From positions 4,096,001 to 4,160,000 of the forward strand of contig OZ220732.1 in assembly GCA_965116905.1 (NCBI GenBank): 64,000 nucleotides of DNA, written 5' to 3'. The translations under genes and the position numbers were made by a program. Below, in pieces: positions 18,947-27,113 of this stretch; position 1 is the first letter of the stretch, and every line of letters starts with the position of its first letter. The notes beneath the pieces are model-generated. The model was not told where the DNA came from. It saw only the letters and a list, made by a program, of their open reading frames with translations, and did not search any database. Origin of the DNA: Longimicrobiales bacterium (GTDB lineage: Bacteria; Gemmatimonadota; Gemmatimonadetes; Longimicrobiales; Gaopeijiaceae).

Positions 18947-19755
18947 GGCTCCCTGGCCCCCGCTTCCCGAAGCATGCGCACGATGGTGTCTCGCTCGGAT
19001 CCGTAGCACGACTCGGCGACCTCGAGCGGCGTCTGATCGAGACCCCTCGTCGCGTTCGGGTCCGCTCCATACTCCAGCAGCACGCGCACGAGAGGCTGTC
19101 TGCACCTGTCGATGGCGACGTGTAGCGGCGTCCCAAGAGTGGTCTTCGCGTTCGGATCGGCGCCGACTGCGAGCAGAGCTTCCAGCACCAGCGGATTCGT
19201 TGTGTTCTCAGCTGCATGGTGCAACGGAGTCACCAGTCCCCAGGATCCACTGGGATCGGCACCCGCGTCGAGGAGCAGTTCGACCAGTGCGATGCTGTTG
19301 GGCTGATTGCCCAGGACGTGGTAGAGCGGCGTGTAGCCGAAGCGATCCGGGCCCAGGTCCGCGTTTGCGTAGAGCAGTGCAGCCACCACACCGTGAACGA
19401 CTGTCGCGTTGTCCGTGCGCTGAACCGCCCAGAATAGCGGGCTCTCCACCCCCCCGATGGGGTTCGGGTTCGCCCCGGCCCTCAGCAGCATCTGAACCAC
19501 GGCGGGGGAGCGCGTCCACTCGGCCGCATGTCTCAGGATTCCCTGTGCATTCGGATCGGCGCCGGCTTCAAGACACTCGGCGATGTGGACGGGTCTCGCC
19601 TCGTTCCACCAGGTCTCCAGGAACCGCGTGTCCCGCCTCCACGGATTGGACCCATTGGGGTCGCACACGGGATTGTCCGGGCTCTGCGCGGCGGCGGGTG
19701 CAGCGGTCAGGGCCGCAAGTGCCAGGGTGGCTAGAGCTGCGGCGCGGACGATCAC
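18943..19755 (-). CDS. Secreted ankyrin-repeat protein
   Basis: GTG start; AAA-Q signal; repeated GADPN and TPLH motifs. Confidence 0.88.
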   Translation of the reverse strand: MIVRAAALATLALAALTAAPAAAQSPDNPVCDPNGSNPWRRDTRFLETWWNEARPVHIAECLEAGADPNAQGILRHAAEWTRSPAVVQMLLRAGANPNPIGGVESPLFWAVQRTDNATVVHGVVAALLYANADLGPDRFGYTPLYHVLGNQPNSIALVELLLDAGADPSGSWGLVTPLHHAAENTTNPLVLEALLAVGADPNAKTTLGTPLHVAIDRCRQPLVRVLLEYGADPNATRGLDQTPLEVAESCYGSERDTIVRMLREAGAREP

Positions 19756-19915
19756 GGGATGCTGCGGGCGACGCGGAAGTCGATTGAAGCCCATTGCTGT
19801 TCGGCCCTCCAGTCGCAATGGTAGCGGATGTGTTTCGAGCCATCATGGCAGTCAGAATCAATGCTGCGCAAACGTCTCCGGAGGCGCCCAACTGGCAACA
19901 CACTCCCCGACCTGG

Positions 19916-20005
19916 GATCGCCCAGCGATCCGTATGACTGAAATAATGTGCGCACGCTCTACTTGTGCATATTATCGTCAACATTATCATCCGAACCTGG
20001 ATCAC
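19916..20005. promoter_or_regulatory. Conserved AT-rich upstream element, copy 2
   Basis: Aligns with 15446-15536; core ACTTGTGCATATTAT at 19961-19975. Confidence 0.65.
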
Positions 20006-20255
20006 CGGCTTGGCGACGACAGGCATCCTAAACCCCTTGGGCGCCAAGCTTTCCAGTCCTCCGCCGACCGACGGAGCACCCCCGTCTGAGCGAAAAATGC
20101 GCGATGACATCCGGAGAGACCGACGACCATAGGCAGCGTCACAATGGGGTGAGCGGTGGCGTACACTTGGCGCCCTGGTTCGGCTTCAGCGGATTCCGGG
20201 TCGCGCGCACTGTCAATTGACTCGTGCGCCGACCGGCTGGCGGCCACCGCGCCCG

Positions 20256-21443
20256 CTACCTGCCAATCGACTGACCCACCAGATCGCAGTCCCTCACACT
20301 CACACCACTCTCGCGCATCACATCGTACCACGACGACTGTACGATCCCGGAGATCCTGTCGAAGATGGCTTCGGCCGCCACTCGGTCCAGCAGGAACCGC
20401 CCCGCTCCAGCGACGATATTCTCACGACTCGGAGCACGGCCGTCTGGACCGCAGATCATGGTGAAATCGCGACGCTTGTCACCCGCCAACGGTGTTGGTA
20501 CCGGGGCAGAGGCAGGCGCGAGACGCCAGCCAGTGCCCTTTGCGACCATCATGGGGTGGCGCGGATTGTCCGTGAGACACGAGATGGCGACGTTGAAGCA
20601 AATGCGCCCAAAGAGCTCGCGCAGGTCCTCCCTGGGGTGTGAACTCACCCTTCGAACCCGGTCGGCCAATGTCAGGTATGACCAGCCATGCTTCGTGGCC
20701 GGTGCAGAGTCCATGCCGAGCAGCGTAAAGCCGCTGATCAAACGGCTGCAGGCATAGCCAGCGCCCACCCAGCTTCGGTCGTAGCGTCGCACCATCAGGA
20801 CGTCTTCGCCGTGGGCGCTCTCGATTCGGCTGGGAACGGCATCAAGGCCGCAGTTCCGTGCAAGCTGCAGTGTCGCGTGGCGGACACGGTTCTGGTTCCA
20901 TATCATGCCGTCCCGCGGGAATTTCGCTATCCAGAGTGTGCGATCATCTTCAACCGTCACCTTGGGTGCGTTTGCCCCAGGGACCTCGTGACCTCCACGG
21001 AGAGCATCATCGAGAGGTGCGTCCTGCACAACGTGGCCCCGGTCGAAGGCCGCCTTGAGGCCGGTCAGGTCGTCAACGGTGGGGAAGTGCAGCCTTGGCA
21101 CGGGAGGGTCGAGTCCGAGAGCGAACGCGACCGCGCCACCGTAGTCGCTCGGACTCTTCACCACATCCGGAGTGCTTCCTCCTCCGATGAACCGGCCCCA
21201 TGAAGAGGGTATGGTGTCTCGCATCGCGCCGAAGACACCGCCGACGCTTCCCTTGCGAACGCGCCGGGTGAGTCGGAGGTGAACAGGGTCAAGTTCGACC
21301 GCGTCCGCGCGGCTGAGATAGCTGCGGCCGTAGATGAATTCTCCGAGTGGTGCGTCGCCGGACACGCGGAAACGCCCGGCCACCACATAGCGGCTCTGTC
21401 CGGGAAGAGCCACAAAAACAAACCGGTCGAAATCAGAAGTCAT
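20256..21443 (-). CDS. hipA: HipA-family protein with degenerate kinase motifs
   Basis: FIYGRSYL, GANAPK, WIAKFP, RRYDR, SYLTLAD, ELFGRICFN, WRLAP; overlaps the upstream HTH gene. Confidence 0.8.
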   Translation of the reverse strand: MTSDFDRFVFVALPGQSRYVVAGRFRVSGDAPLGEFIYGRSYLSRADAVELDPVHLRLTRRVRKGSVGGVFGAMRDTIPSSWGRFIGGGSTPDVVKSPSDYGGAVAFALGLDPPVPRLHFPTVDDLTGLKAAFDRGHVVQDAPLDDALRGGHEVPGANAPKVTVEDDRTLWIAKFPRDGMIWNQNRVRHATLQLARNCGLDAVPSRIESAHGEDVLMVRRYDRSWVGAGYACSRLISGFTLLGMDSAPATKHGWSYLTLADRVRRVSSHPREDLRELFGRICFNVAISCLTDNPRHPMMVAKGTGWRLAPASAPVPTPLAGDKRRDFTMICGPDGRAPSRENIVAGAGRFLLDRVAAEAIFDRISGIVQSSWYDVMRESGVSVRDCDLVGQSIGR

Positions 21444-21786
21444 CGCGGAGCGGTTGGAGGCGCGGGGCCTGACTCGGGAAGCGGGCGGACTCCAGAATCT
21501 TGCCCTCTTCGTCACGGTCCGGGTCGGCCAGGTGGTCCGCGTCGGCAAGCAGACCCAGTGCCCACAAGACCCCGAAGTAGGCCGCTGCCGACACGCCCGG
21601 CTTCCCGTTCTCCACATTGGCGACCGTGGAGCGGGAGGCGCCGATGCGGTCGGCGATGTCCTGGATCCGCAGCCGTCGCCGCAAGCGGGCGGTGCGGAGG
21701 TTGTCGCCAAAGCGCCGTAGGGTGTCCGAGACTTCGCCCGGCGGGCTGGTGCTGATCGTGGCGCGAGTTGGGCTCCCGTTGCTCAT
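21433..21786 (-). CDS. XRE-family HTH protein (HipB-like antitoxin)
   Basis: LRTARLRRRLRIQDIADRIGASRSTVANVENGKPGV...YFGVLWALGL; directly upstream of hipA. Confidence 0.85.
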   Translation of the reverse strand: MSNGSPTRATISTSPPGEVSDTLRRFGDNLRTARLRRRLRIQDIADRIGASRSTVANVENGKPGVSAAAYFGVLWALGLLADADHLADPDRDEEGKILESARFPSQAPRLQPLRDDF

Positions 21787-21976
21787 CCGTCCCACCACGT
21801 GATGAAGAGGGTATGATTGTCTGCACGACATTGACGCAACAATATCGCGATAGTTCCACGACAGCAATCCCGACGCGATGGCCGTCTGGCCGACCAATCC
21901 CCACCGTCCTGGACGAGTCGGAACAGGCTCGCGCTTAGACCTGCCGCGACAGCCGAACCGCCGCCGCGCCGCCCCT

Positions 21977-24175
21977 CTACCGCCGCCCCTCCGTCGCCAC
22001 CGCCCCGTCACCCCCCATGTAGCGGTCGAAGAAGTCGTCCGTTGCATCGAAGGTGATCAGCCAGCGCTCGTGCAGCAGGAAGTCGTGCACGTCGTCCGGG
22101 AACACGATCAGCTCGTGCGGCACGCCCTGCGCGCGGAGCAGCTGCACCAGCCCCACCGTCTGCGAAAACGCCACGTTGCGGTCGTCGTCGCCGTGGATCA
22201 GCAGCACCGGTGACGTCCAATTCTCGACCTCGGCCACCGACGACGACTGGTAGGACACCGTCTCCGGGTCGATCGAGTTCCCCCACAGGTGCACGCCGGC
22301 GATGTCGACGCCCGCCGCGAACAGGTCGGAGTCCCGCGCCAGGCCCTGCGCCGTGAGAATCCCCCCGTACGAGAGCCCCCAGAGTCCGATCCGGGCCGCA
22401 TCCACGTCGTCGCGGTCGCGCAGATACTCGCCGGCCGCCTTGATGTCGCGGTATTCGGTGTTGCCCAGGCGCCCGCGCCCCGGCGCGTTACGGAACTCGC
22501 GGCCGTACCCGATACCGCTCCGGTAATTCACCGACAGCACCACGTAGCCCTTGTTCGCGAAGTACTGATTCATCGCGTAGGCCATGTGGTAGAAGTGCAT
22601 GTAGTGGTAGCCGAGCAGCATCTGCCGCCGGGACCCGCCGTGGATGAAGATCATCGCGGGCCGCTTCTCGCCGGGCTGCAGGTCGGGGGGCAGGAAGAGC
22701 TGGTTGTAGAACTCGAAGCCGTCCTCGGCCTCGAGCGTGACCGCCTCGGGCATGACGTGCTCGTCGAAGGGGTAACGCGCCGGCAGATCCCGGATCGTCC
22801 GCGCCTCGCCGCCGTCCGCAGGGACCACCGCGACGGTCAGCGGCTGGCGGGCGTCCGCGTACAACACCGCCACGTCGCGTCCCGACGCCAGCGCGGCCGG
22901 GTAGGTCTCGATGCCGTCGCCGTGGGTGAGCTGCCGCGCGTCGCCGCCCGACGTGGGCACGCGCCACAGGTGGCGGCGGTCGATGTCGCCCGCGTTGGTC
23001 GCGTAGAAGAGGGTGCGTCCGTCCGGCGAAAGCGAGATGTATTCCGCGATGCCATCGCCCGGCGTGAGCTCCGCGGGGGTGGCGGGTGCGCCGGTGAGCC
23101 AGCCCGCGCCGTTGGCCGTGCCGCCCGAAGCCGCCACCGAGTAGTACCGCCGCCACCCGTCCGGCTCGGCCTGGAAGATGATGTGGTCGCCCGCCCAGAT
23201 CACCGAGCGCACTTCGCGGTGGATCTCGTCACCGGCCGCGTTGTGCCACACCTCGCGCGCCTCGCCGGTGCCCGCGTCGCCGACCCAGATCGAAAAGTCG
23301 TAGCCACCCGCGAACCGCGCCTCGGTCATGCCGTCGGGCAGGTCGTCCGGGCTCGCCTCGCCCAGGTCGGCCCGTGCCCCGAAGGGCAGCCCCGGCCTGC
23401 GGATGAAGGCGACCCGCGTGCCGTCGGGGGACCAAGTCGGGCTGGCGTCGCGGTCCACGGCCGGTCCCAGATAGGTGATGCCGGGGTTGTCGGTGTCGTA
23501 GACGCCGATGAAGCTGTGATCCTCGCGGTCGCTCACGAAGGCGATTCGGCGCGAGTCGGGAGACCACACCGGGCTGCCCTGACTGCCGAAGACGCTGAAG
23601 AGGGGCCTCTCGGGCTCGGTCGTCACCACGCCAGGGTTCACCGGCGCGCGGTAGATCGCCCCGTCCCTCGCGTACGCGACCCACTCACCGTCGGGCGACA
23701 GCGCCACGTTCCACGCCTCGACGACCCGCCAGGGCTCGCCGCCCGCCGTGCTCACCGCCCACACCGCGCGCTCGGCGCCGCGTGGGTCGCTGGCCGGGTT
23801 CGCGATCCATCCCTCGCGGTTCGGCGTGTGGCCCCGCAGGAAGACCAGTGTCGAGCCGTCGTCGGAGATGCGCAGGTTCGACAGATCGCGCCCGTCATCG
23901 TCCTCGTAGCGCGTGAGCCGCACGGGCTCGAAGCCGGGAGCCGTCGCCGTATAGACGTTGCGCCGCCCTTCCTCGTACTCGATCCACGCGATGCGGTCGG
24001 CCGCCTTCGCCGCGACCAGCTGGACCGGGTAGCCGGGACTGAGCACATCCTCGATCGAGAAGCGCTGGGCCTGCACGGGTGGGGCGGTGAGCGCGACGGA
24101 GAGCACGACGGCGAGCGCGGCCAGGGCGAGCACGGCGAGGGCGCGAACGGGGACGAAGACGGTGCGGCGCTTCAT
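21977..24175 (-). CDS. S9 prolyl oligopeptidase/DPP IV-like peptidase, exported
   Basis: Signal VQA-Q; WSPD propeller repeats; GLSYGG, HGDDDRNV, DVHDF catalytic triad. Confidence 0.92.
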   Translation of the reverse strand: MKRRTVFVPVRALAVLALAALAVVLSVALTAPPVQAQRFSIEDVLSPGYPVQLVAAKAADRIAWIEYEEGRRNVYTATAPGFEPVRLTRYEDDDGRDLSNLRISDDGSTLVFLRGHTPNREGWIANPASDPRGAERAVWAVSTAGGEPWRVVEAWNVALSPDGEWVAYARDGAIYRAPVNPGVVTTEPERPLFSVFGSQGSPVWSPDSRRIAFVSDREDHSFIGVYDTDNPGITYLGPAVDRDASPTWSPDGTRVAFIRRPGLPFGARADLGEASPDDLPDGMTEARFAGGYDFSIWVGDAGTGEAREVWHNAAGDEIHREVRSVIWAGDHIIFQAEPDGWRRYYSVAASGGTANGAGWLTGAPATPAELTPGDGIAEYISLSPDGRTLFYATNAGDIDRRHLWRVPTSGGDARQLTHGDGIETYPAALASGRDVAVLYADARQPLTVAVVPADGGEARTIRDLPARYPFDEHVMPEAVTLEAEDGFEFYNQLFLPPDLQPGEKRPAMIFIHGGSRRQMLLGYHYMHFYHMAYAMNQYFANKGYVVLSVNYRSGIGYGREFRNAPGRGRLGNTEYRDIKAAGEYLRDRDDVDAARIGLWGLSYGGILTAQGLARDSDLFAAGVDIAGVHLWGNSIDPETVSYQSSSVAEVENWTSPVLLIHGDDDRNVAFSQTVGLVQLLRAQGVPHELIVFPDDVHDFLLHERWLITFDATDDFFDRYMGGDGAVATEGRR

Positions 24176-24305
24176 GGCAAGGATCTCCAGCGTTCCGGGC
24201 GTGGGGCGGCATTCGGCCGGCACGATGCGCCGGCTACGGACACGATGCCCGTCGCGACGTTCCCGGGCAAACGGCGGGGCGCTGCCGCAGGTACCGGCCA
24301 TGTCA

Positions 24306-24322
24306 TGAGTATGATATACTCA
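24306..24322 (+). promoter_or_regulatory. Palindromic operator overlapping the extended -10 of vapBC
   Basis: TGAGTAT-GAT-ATACTCA; TGn-TATACT lies 6 nt before ATG 24327, suggesting a leaderless transcript. Confidence 0.7.
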
Positions 24323-24326
24323 AAAC

Positions 24327-24767
24327 ATGAGTAAGCGACTCCAGGTAGTGATGTCCGACGCCGACCTCGAGGAGGTCCGGGACGCGGCCAGGCGCAACAG
24401 CGTCACGGTGTCCGCGTGGGTGCGCCGCACGCTTCGGGGCGCGGCGGATCTTGACCGGCGCGGCGGAGCGGCCGCGGTGCGCGAAGCACGCCCGAACTAT
24501 TCCGTCATCAAGCCGGAGTTCCTCCGCTACGTCACGATCGAGGTCAGGCTGATGGAGGAGGAGGTGGAAGCCGTGCGGCGGCGGTACAACCTGCGCGACT
24601 GGTCGGCGGCAGTGAAGGAGGCAGTCTGTCGGCAGGCGTTGGCGCCGATGACCAAGGAGGAGGCGCTCGCAATGGAGGGTGTGGGATGGGACGGAGACCT
24701 GGACGAGATGCGCAACGAGCCCCCGATCGAGATGATCGACCCGGTCAGGGGATTTGACGAGGAGTGA
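24327..24767 (+). CDS. vapB: VapB-type antitoxin with an extra N-terminal RHH/CopG-like domain
   Basis: N-terminal KRLQVVM...VSAWVR; C-terminal AVRRRY...ALAMEGVGWDGDLDEMR; GTGA overlap with the PIN gene. Confidence 0.7.
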   Translation: MSKRLQVVMSDADLEEVRDAARRNSVTVSAWVRRTLRGAADLDRRGGAAAVREARPNYSVIKPEFLRYVTIEVRLMEEEVEAVRRRYNLRDWSAAVKEAVCRQALAPMTKEEALAMEGVGWDGDLDEMRNEPPIEMIDPVRGFDEE

Positions 24768-25207
24768 TTGTCGACACTTCGGCGTGGGTCGAGTACCTGC
24801 GCAAGACGGGCAGCCCAACCAATCTCGCCTTGCGAGCCGGAACCGGGAGCGGGCAACCCATTGCGACGCCTGCGCCGGTCGTCACGGAGCTGCTCTCCGG
24901 CAGCACCAGCGAGGCGGAAGCCGCAGAACTCTTCCAGTTCCTGAGCCGCTTCGAGATCCTGGAGCCCGACTCGCTCGCCGTGTACCGCAGCGCCGCGCGG
25001 ATCTACCGCATCTGCCGCCGAGCCGGCTTCACCATCCGCTCGACCGTCGACTGCCTGGTCGCCGCGACCGCGCTGGACAAGGACCGCCCCCTCCTGGCCC
25101 GCAACCGCGATTTCGCGGTGATTGCCCGCTACACCGGGCTCGAACTCGTCATCCCGCCGGATGCCGACGCTCCGAAAAAGCCGCCGCGGGGGTGGTCCGG
25201 GGAGTAG
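24764..25207 (+). CDS. vapC: VapC PIN-domain toxin
   Basis: IVDTSAW, ELLSG, RSTVDCLVAA, NRDF. Confidence 0.9.
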   Translation: MIVDTSAWVEYLRKTGSPTNLALRAGTGSGQPIATPAPVVTELLSGSTSEAEAAELFQFLSRFEILEPDSLAVYRSAARIYRICRRAGFTIRSTVDCLVAATALDKDRPLLARNRDFAVIARYTGLELVIPPDADAPKKPPRGWSGE

Positions 25208-25268
25208 GCGTCCGGTCGCGGGAGCCGCGCGAGCGCACCGCGCCAACCCGGAACTTCGCGTCCCGCCC

Positions 25269-27107
25269 CTACCCGATCGGCGGGCGGTGGTGATACATCC
25301 CCAGCCGCTCCTCGAGCGCCCGGGCCAGCGCGAGGATCGTCCCCTCGCCGAAGAGGCCGCCATGAAAAGCCACATTACGCGTGATCGTGTGCGGCTCTCC
25401 CTGCGGATCGTCCGGAACCGGGCCCGCGCTTCGGGTCGGGCTCCGGTCGAGGCCGGCGCGCAGGCTGATCCCCGGGTGTCCGGTGTAGTTCATCGCCATC
25501 AGCAGCTCGAACGAGCCGTAGGTCGGGGCGAACAGCGCGTCCACGTCGCTGTAGATCCGGTGGAACTCGTGCATGAGGCCGCGGCGGAGGCGCTCGGCCT
25601 GCAGGTAGTCGACCGCGGACAGCAGGCGGGCCTGCCGCCAGGCGTTGGGCCAGCCCTCGGGAGGCAGCTGGTCGTCGCGGCCGTCGAGGGTGAGTTCCTC
25701 GTAGATGGCCGCGGCTTCCACGTACAGGTTGGAAATCAGCGCAGTGTACGGGAACGCAGGCAACTCCACCTCGACCATCTCGACACCCAGTTCGCGAAGC
25801 GCCTCCAGCGCCTCAAGGTGGGCATCGGCGACCGGGACGGAGGCGCCGGGCCCGAAGCCGACCTCGCGGAACCAGTCAGGCGAGTAGCCGACGCGCAGGG
25901 TCCTCGGGTCCAGCCCCGCATCGTAGTCGAACCCCATGTCGATCGAGGACGCCGATGTGGGATCTGGACCATTGATCGCGGCCATCACCGGCACCGCATC
26001 CTCGACGCGGCGGGTCAGCGGCCCGATCCGATCCAGGCTGGGGGTCAGCGGCATGGCGCCCGCGGTCGGCACCCGCCCGAAGGTCGCGCGCAGGCCGACG
26101 ACGCCGCACTGGTCGGCGGGGTTGAGGATCGAGCCCAGGCTGTCGGTCCCGATCGAGAACGAACACAGCGCGGCGGCGGTCGCCGATCCGGGTCCCGCGC
26201 TGGACCCGCCCGCGTGTTCCTCGGTGTTCCACGGGTTGCGGACCTTGCCGCCGTACCACCAGTAGCCGTTGGCGAGGCTGGCGGTGGCAAGCTTGCCGAG
26301 GAGCACCGCACCCGCGTCGCGCAGCATGGTGACGATGCGGGCGTCGCCGCCGGGAACGCGGTCCCGGTAGGGGGTCGCGCCCCAGGTCGTGGGGATCCCC
26401 GCCGTGTCGAAGCAGTCCTTGATCCCGTACGGGATGCCGTGGAGCTCGCCCCGGTATCGGCCGCTGGCCAGCTCGCGGTCGGACTCGGTCGCCTGCGCCA
26501 GCGCGTGGTCCGCGGTGACGGTGATGTAGCAGTAGAGGTCCGGCGCCAGCCGCTCGATCCGCGACAGGTAGATCTCGGTGAGTCGCCGGCTGGTGATCTG
26601 TCCGGTGCGGATCCAGTGGGCCTGTTCGCGGACCGAGGCGTACGCGATGTCGGCTTCGTTGGCCGGCAGGGCTCCGGGGTTTTCGGAGGAGAGGACGACC
26701 CGGTTCTCCTGTGGCGGGTAGGACACGCCCGGCAGCCGTGGATCGAAGGTGATCGCCGGCTGGAGCGCCAGATCGCGCGGGACGTCGCGGAGCTGGCGCA
26801 CCCCGGCGATCTGCCCGCCGATGGACTGGACCAGTTGTTCGCGCTCCTCGTCCGTGTAGGTGACGGTGTGGAGCTTTTCGGCCTCGGCGATGGTGGTGGC
26901 GGTGATGTCGGAAGACGGCTGGGCGGTGGCTTCGGCCGCGGACGCATTCGCACCGGCCGCCGCCGACTCCTCGCCGCCCGCCCCGGCCTCGTCCGGGCCG
27001 TTGCCCGCACCCGCGTCACATGCAGCGAGCCCGCCCGCCGCGAGCGCCGCCGAGCCGGCGAGAAAGTCCCTGCGGGTCGTGGTCGGGCGCTTGCGGGGGG
27101 ACCCCAT
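25269..27107 (-). CDS. Amidase-signature family enzyme, Tat lipoprotein
   Basis: TRRDFL plus LAAC; GIPYGIKD, GGSSAG, GTDSLGSI. Confidence 0.9.
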   Translation of the reverse strand: MGSPRKRPTTTRRDFLAGSAALAAGGLAACDAGAGNGPDEAGAGGEESAAAGANASAAEATAQPSSDITATTIAEAEKLHTVTYTDEEREQLVQSIGGQIAGVRQLRDVPRDLALQPAITFDPRLPGVSYPPQENRVVLSSENPGALPANEADIAYASVREQAHWIRTGQITSRRLTEIYLSRIERLAPDLYCYITVTADHALAQATESDRELASGRYRGELHGIPYGIKDCFDTAGIPTTWGATPYRDRVPGGDARIVTMLRDAGAVLLGKLATASLANGYWWYGGKVRNPWNTEEHAGGSSAGPGSATAAALCSFSIGTDSLGSILNPADQCGVVGLRATFGRVPTAGAMPLTPSLDRIGPLTRRVEDAVPVMAAINGPDPTSASSIDMGFDYDAGLDPRTLRVGYSPDWFREVGFGPGASVPVADAHLEALEALRELGVEMVEVELPAFPYTALISNLYVEAAAIYEELTLDGRDDQLPPEGWPNAWRQARLLSAVDYLQAERLRRGLMHEFHRIYSDVDALFAPTYGSFELLMAMNYTGHPGISLRAGLDRSPTRSAGPVPDDPQGEPHTITRNVAFHGGLFGEGTILALARALEERLGMYHHRPPIG

Positions 27108-27113
27108 GTCTCC

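Noticed and set aside
9794..20220. Complete DGR, shufflon or integron
   Set aside because: No reverse transcriptase, AAC-rich template repeat, recombinase or attC-like sites found in the window; kept only as hypotheses.
21200..21815. 14-nt match ATGAAGAGGGTATG between hipA coding sequence and the hipB upstream region
   Set aside because: Too short to separate from chance without statistics.
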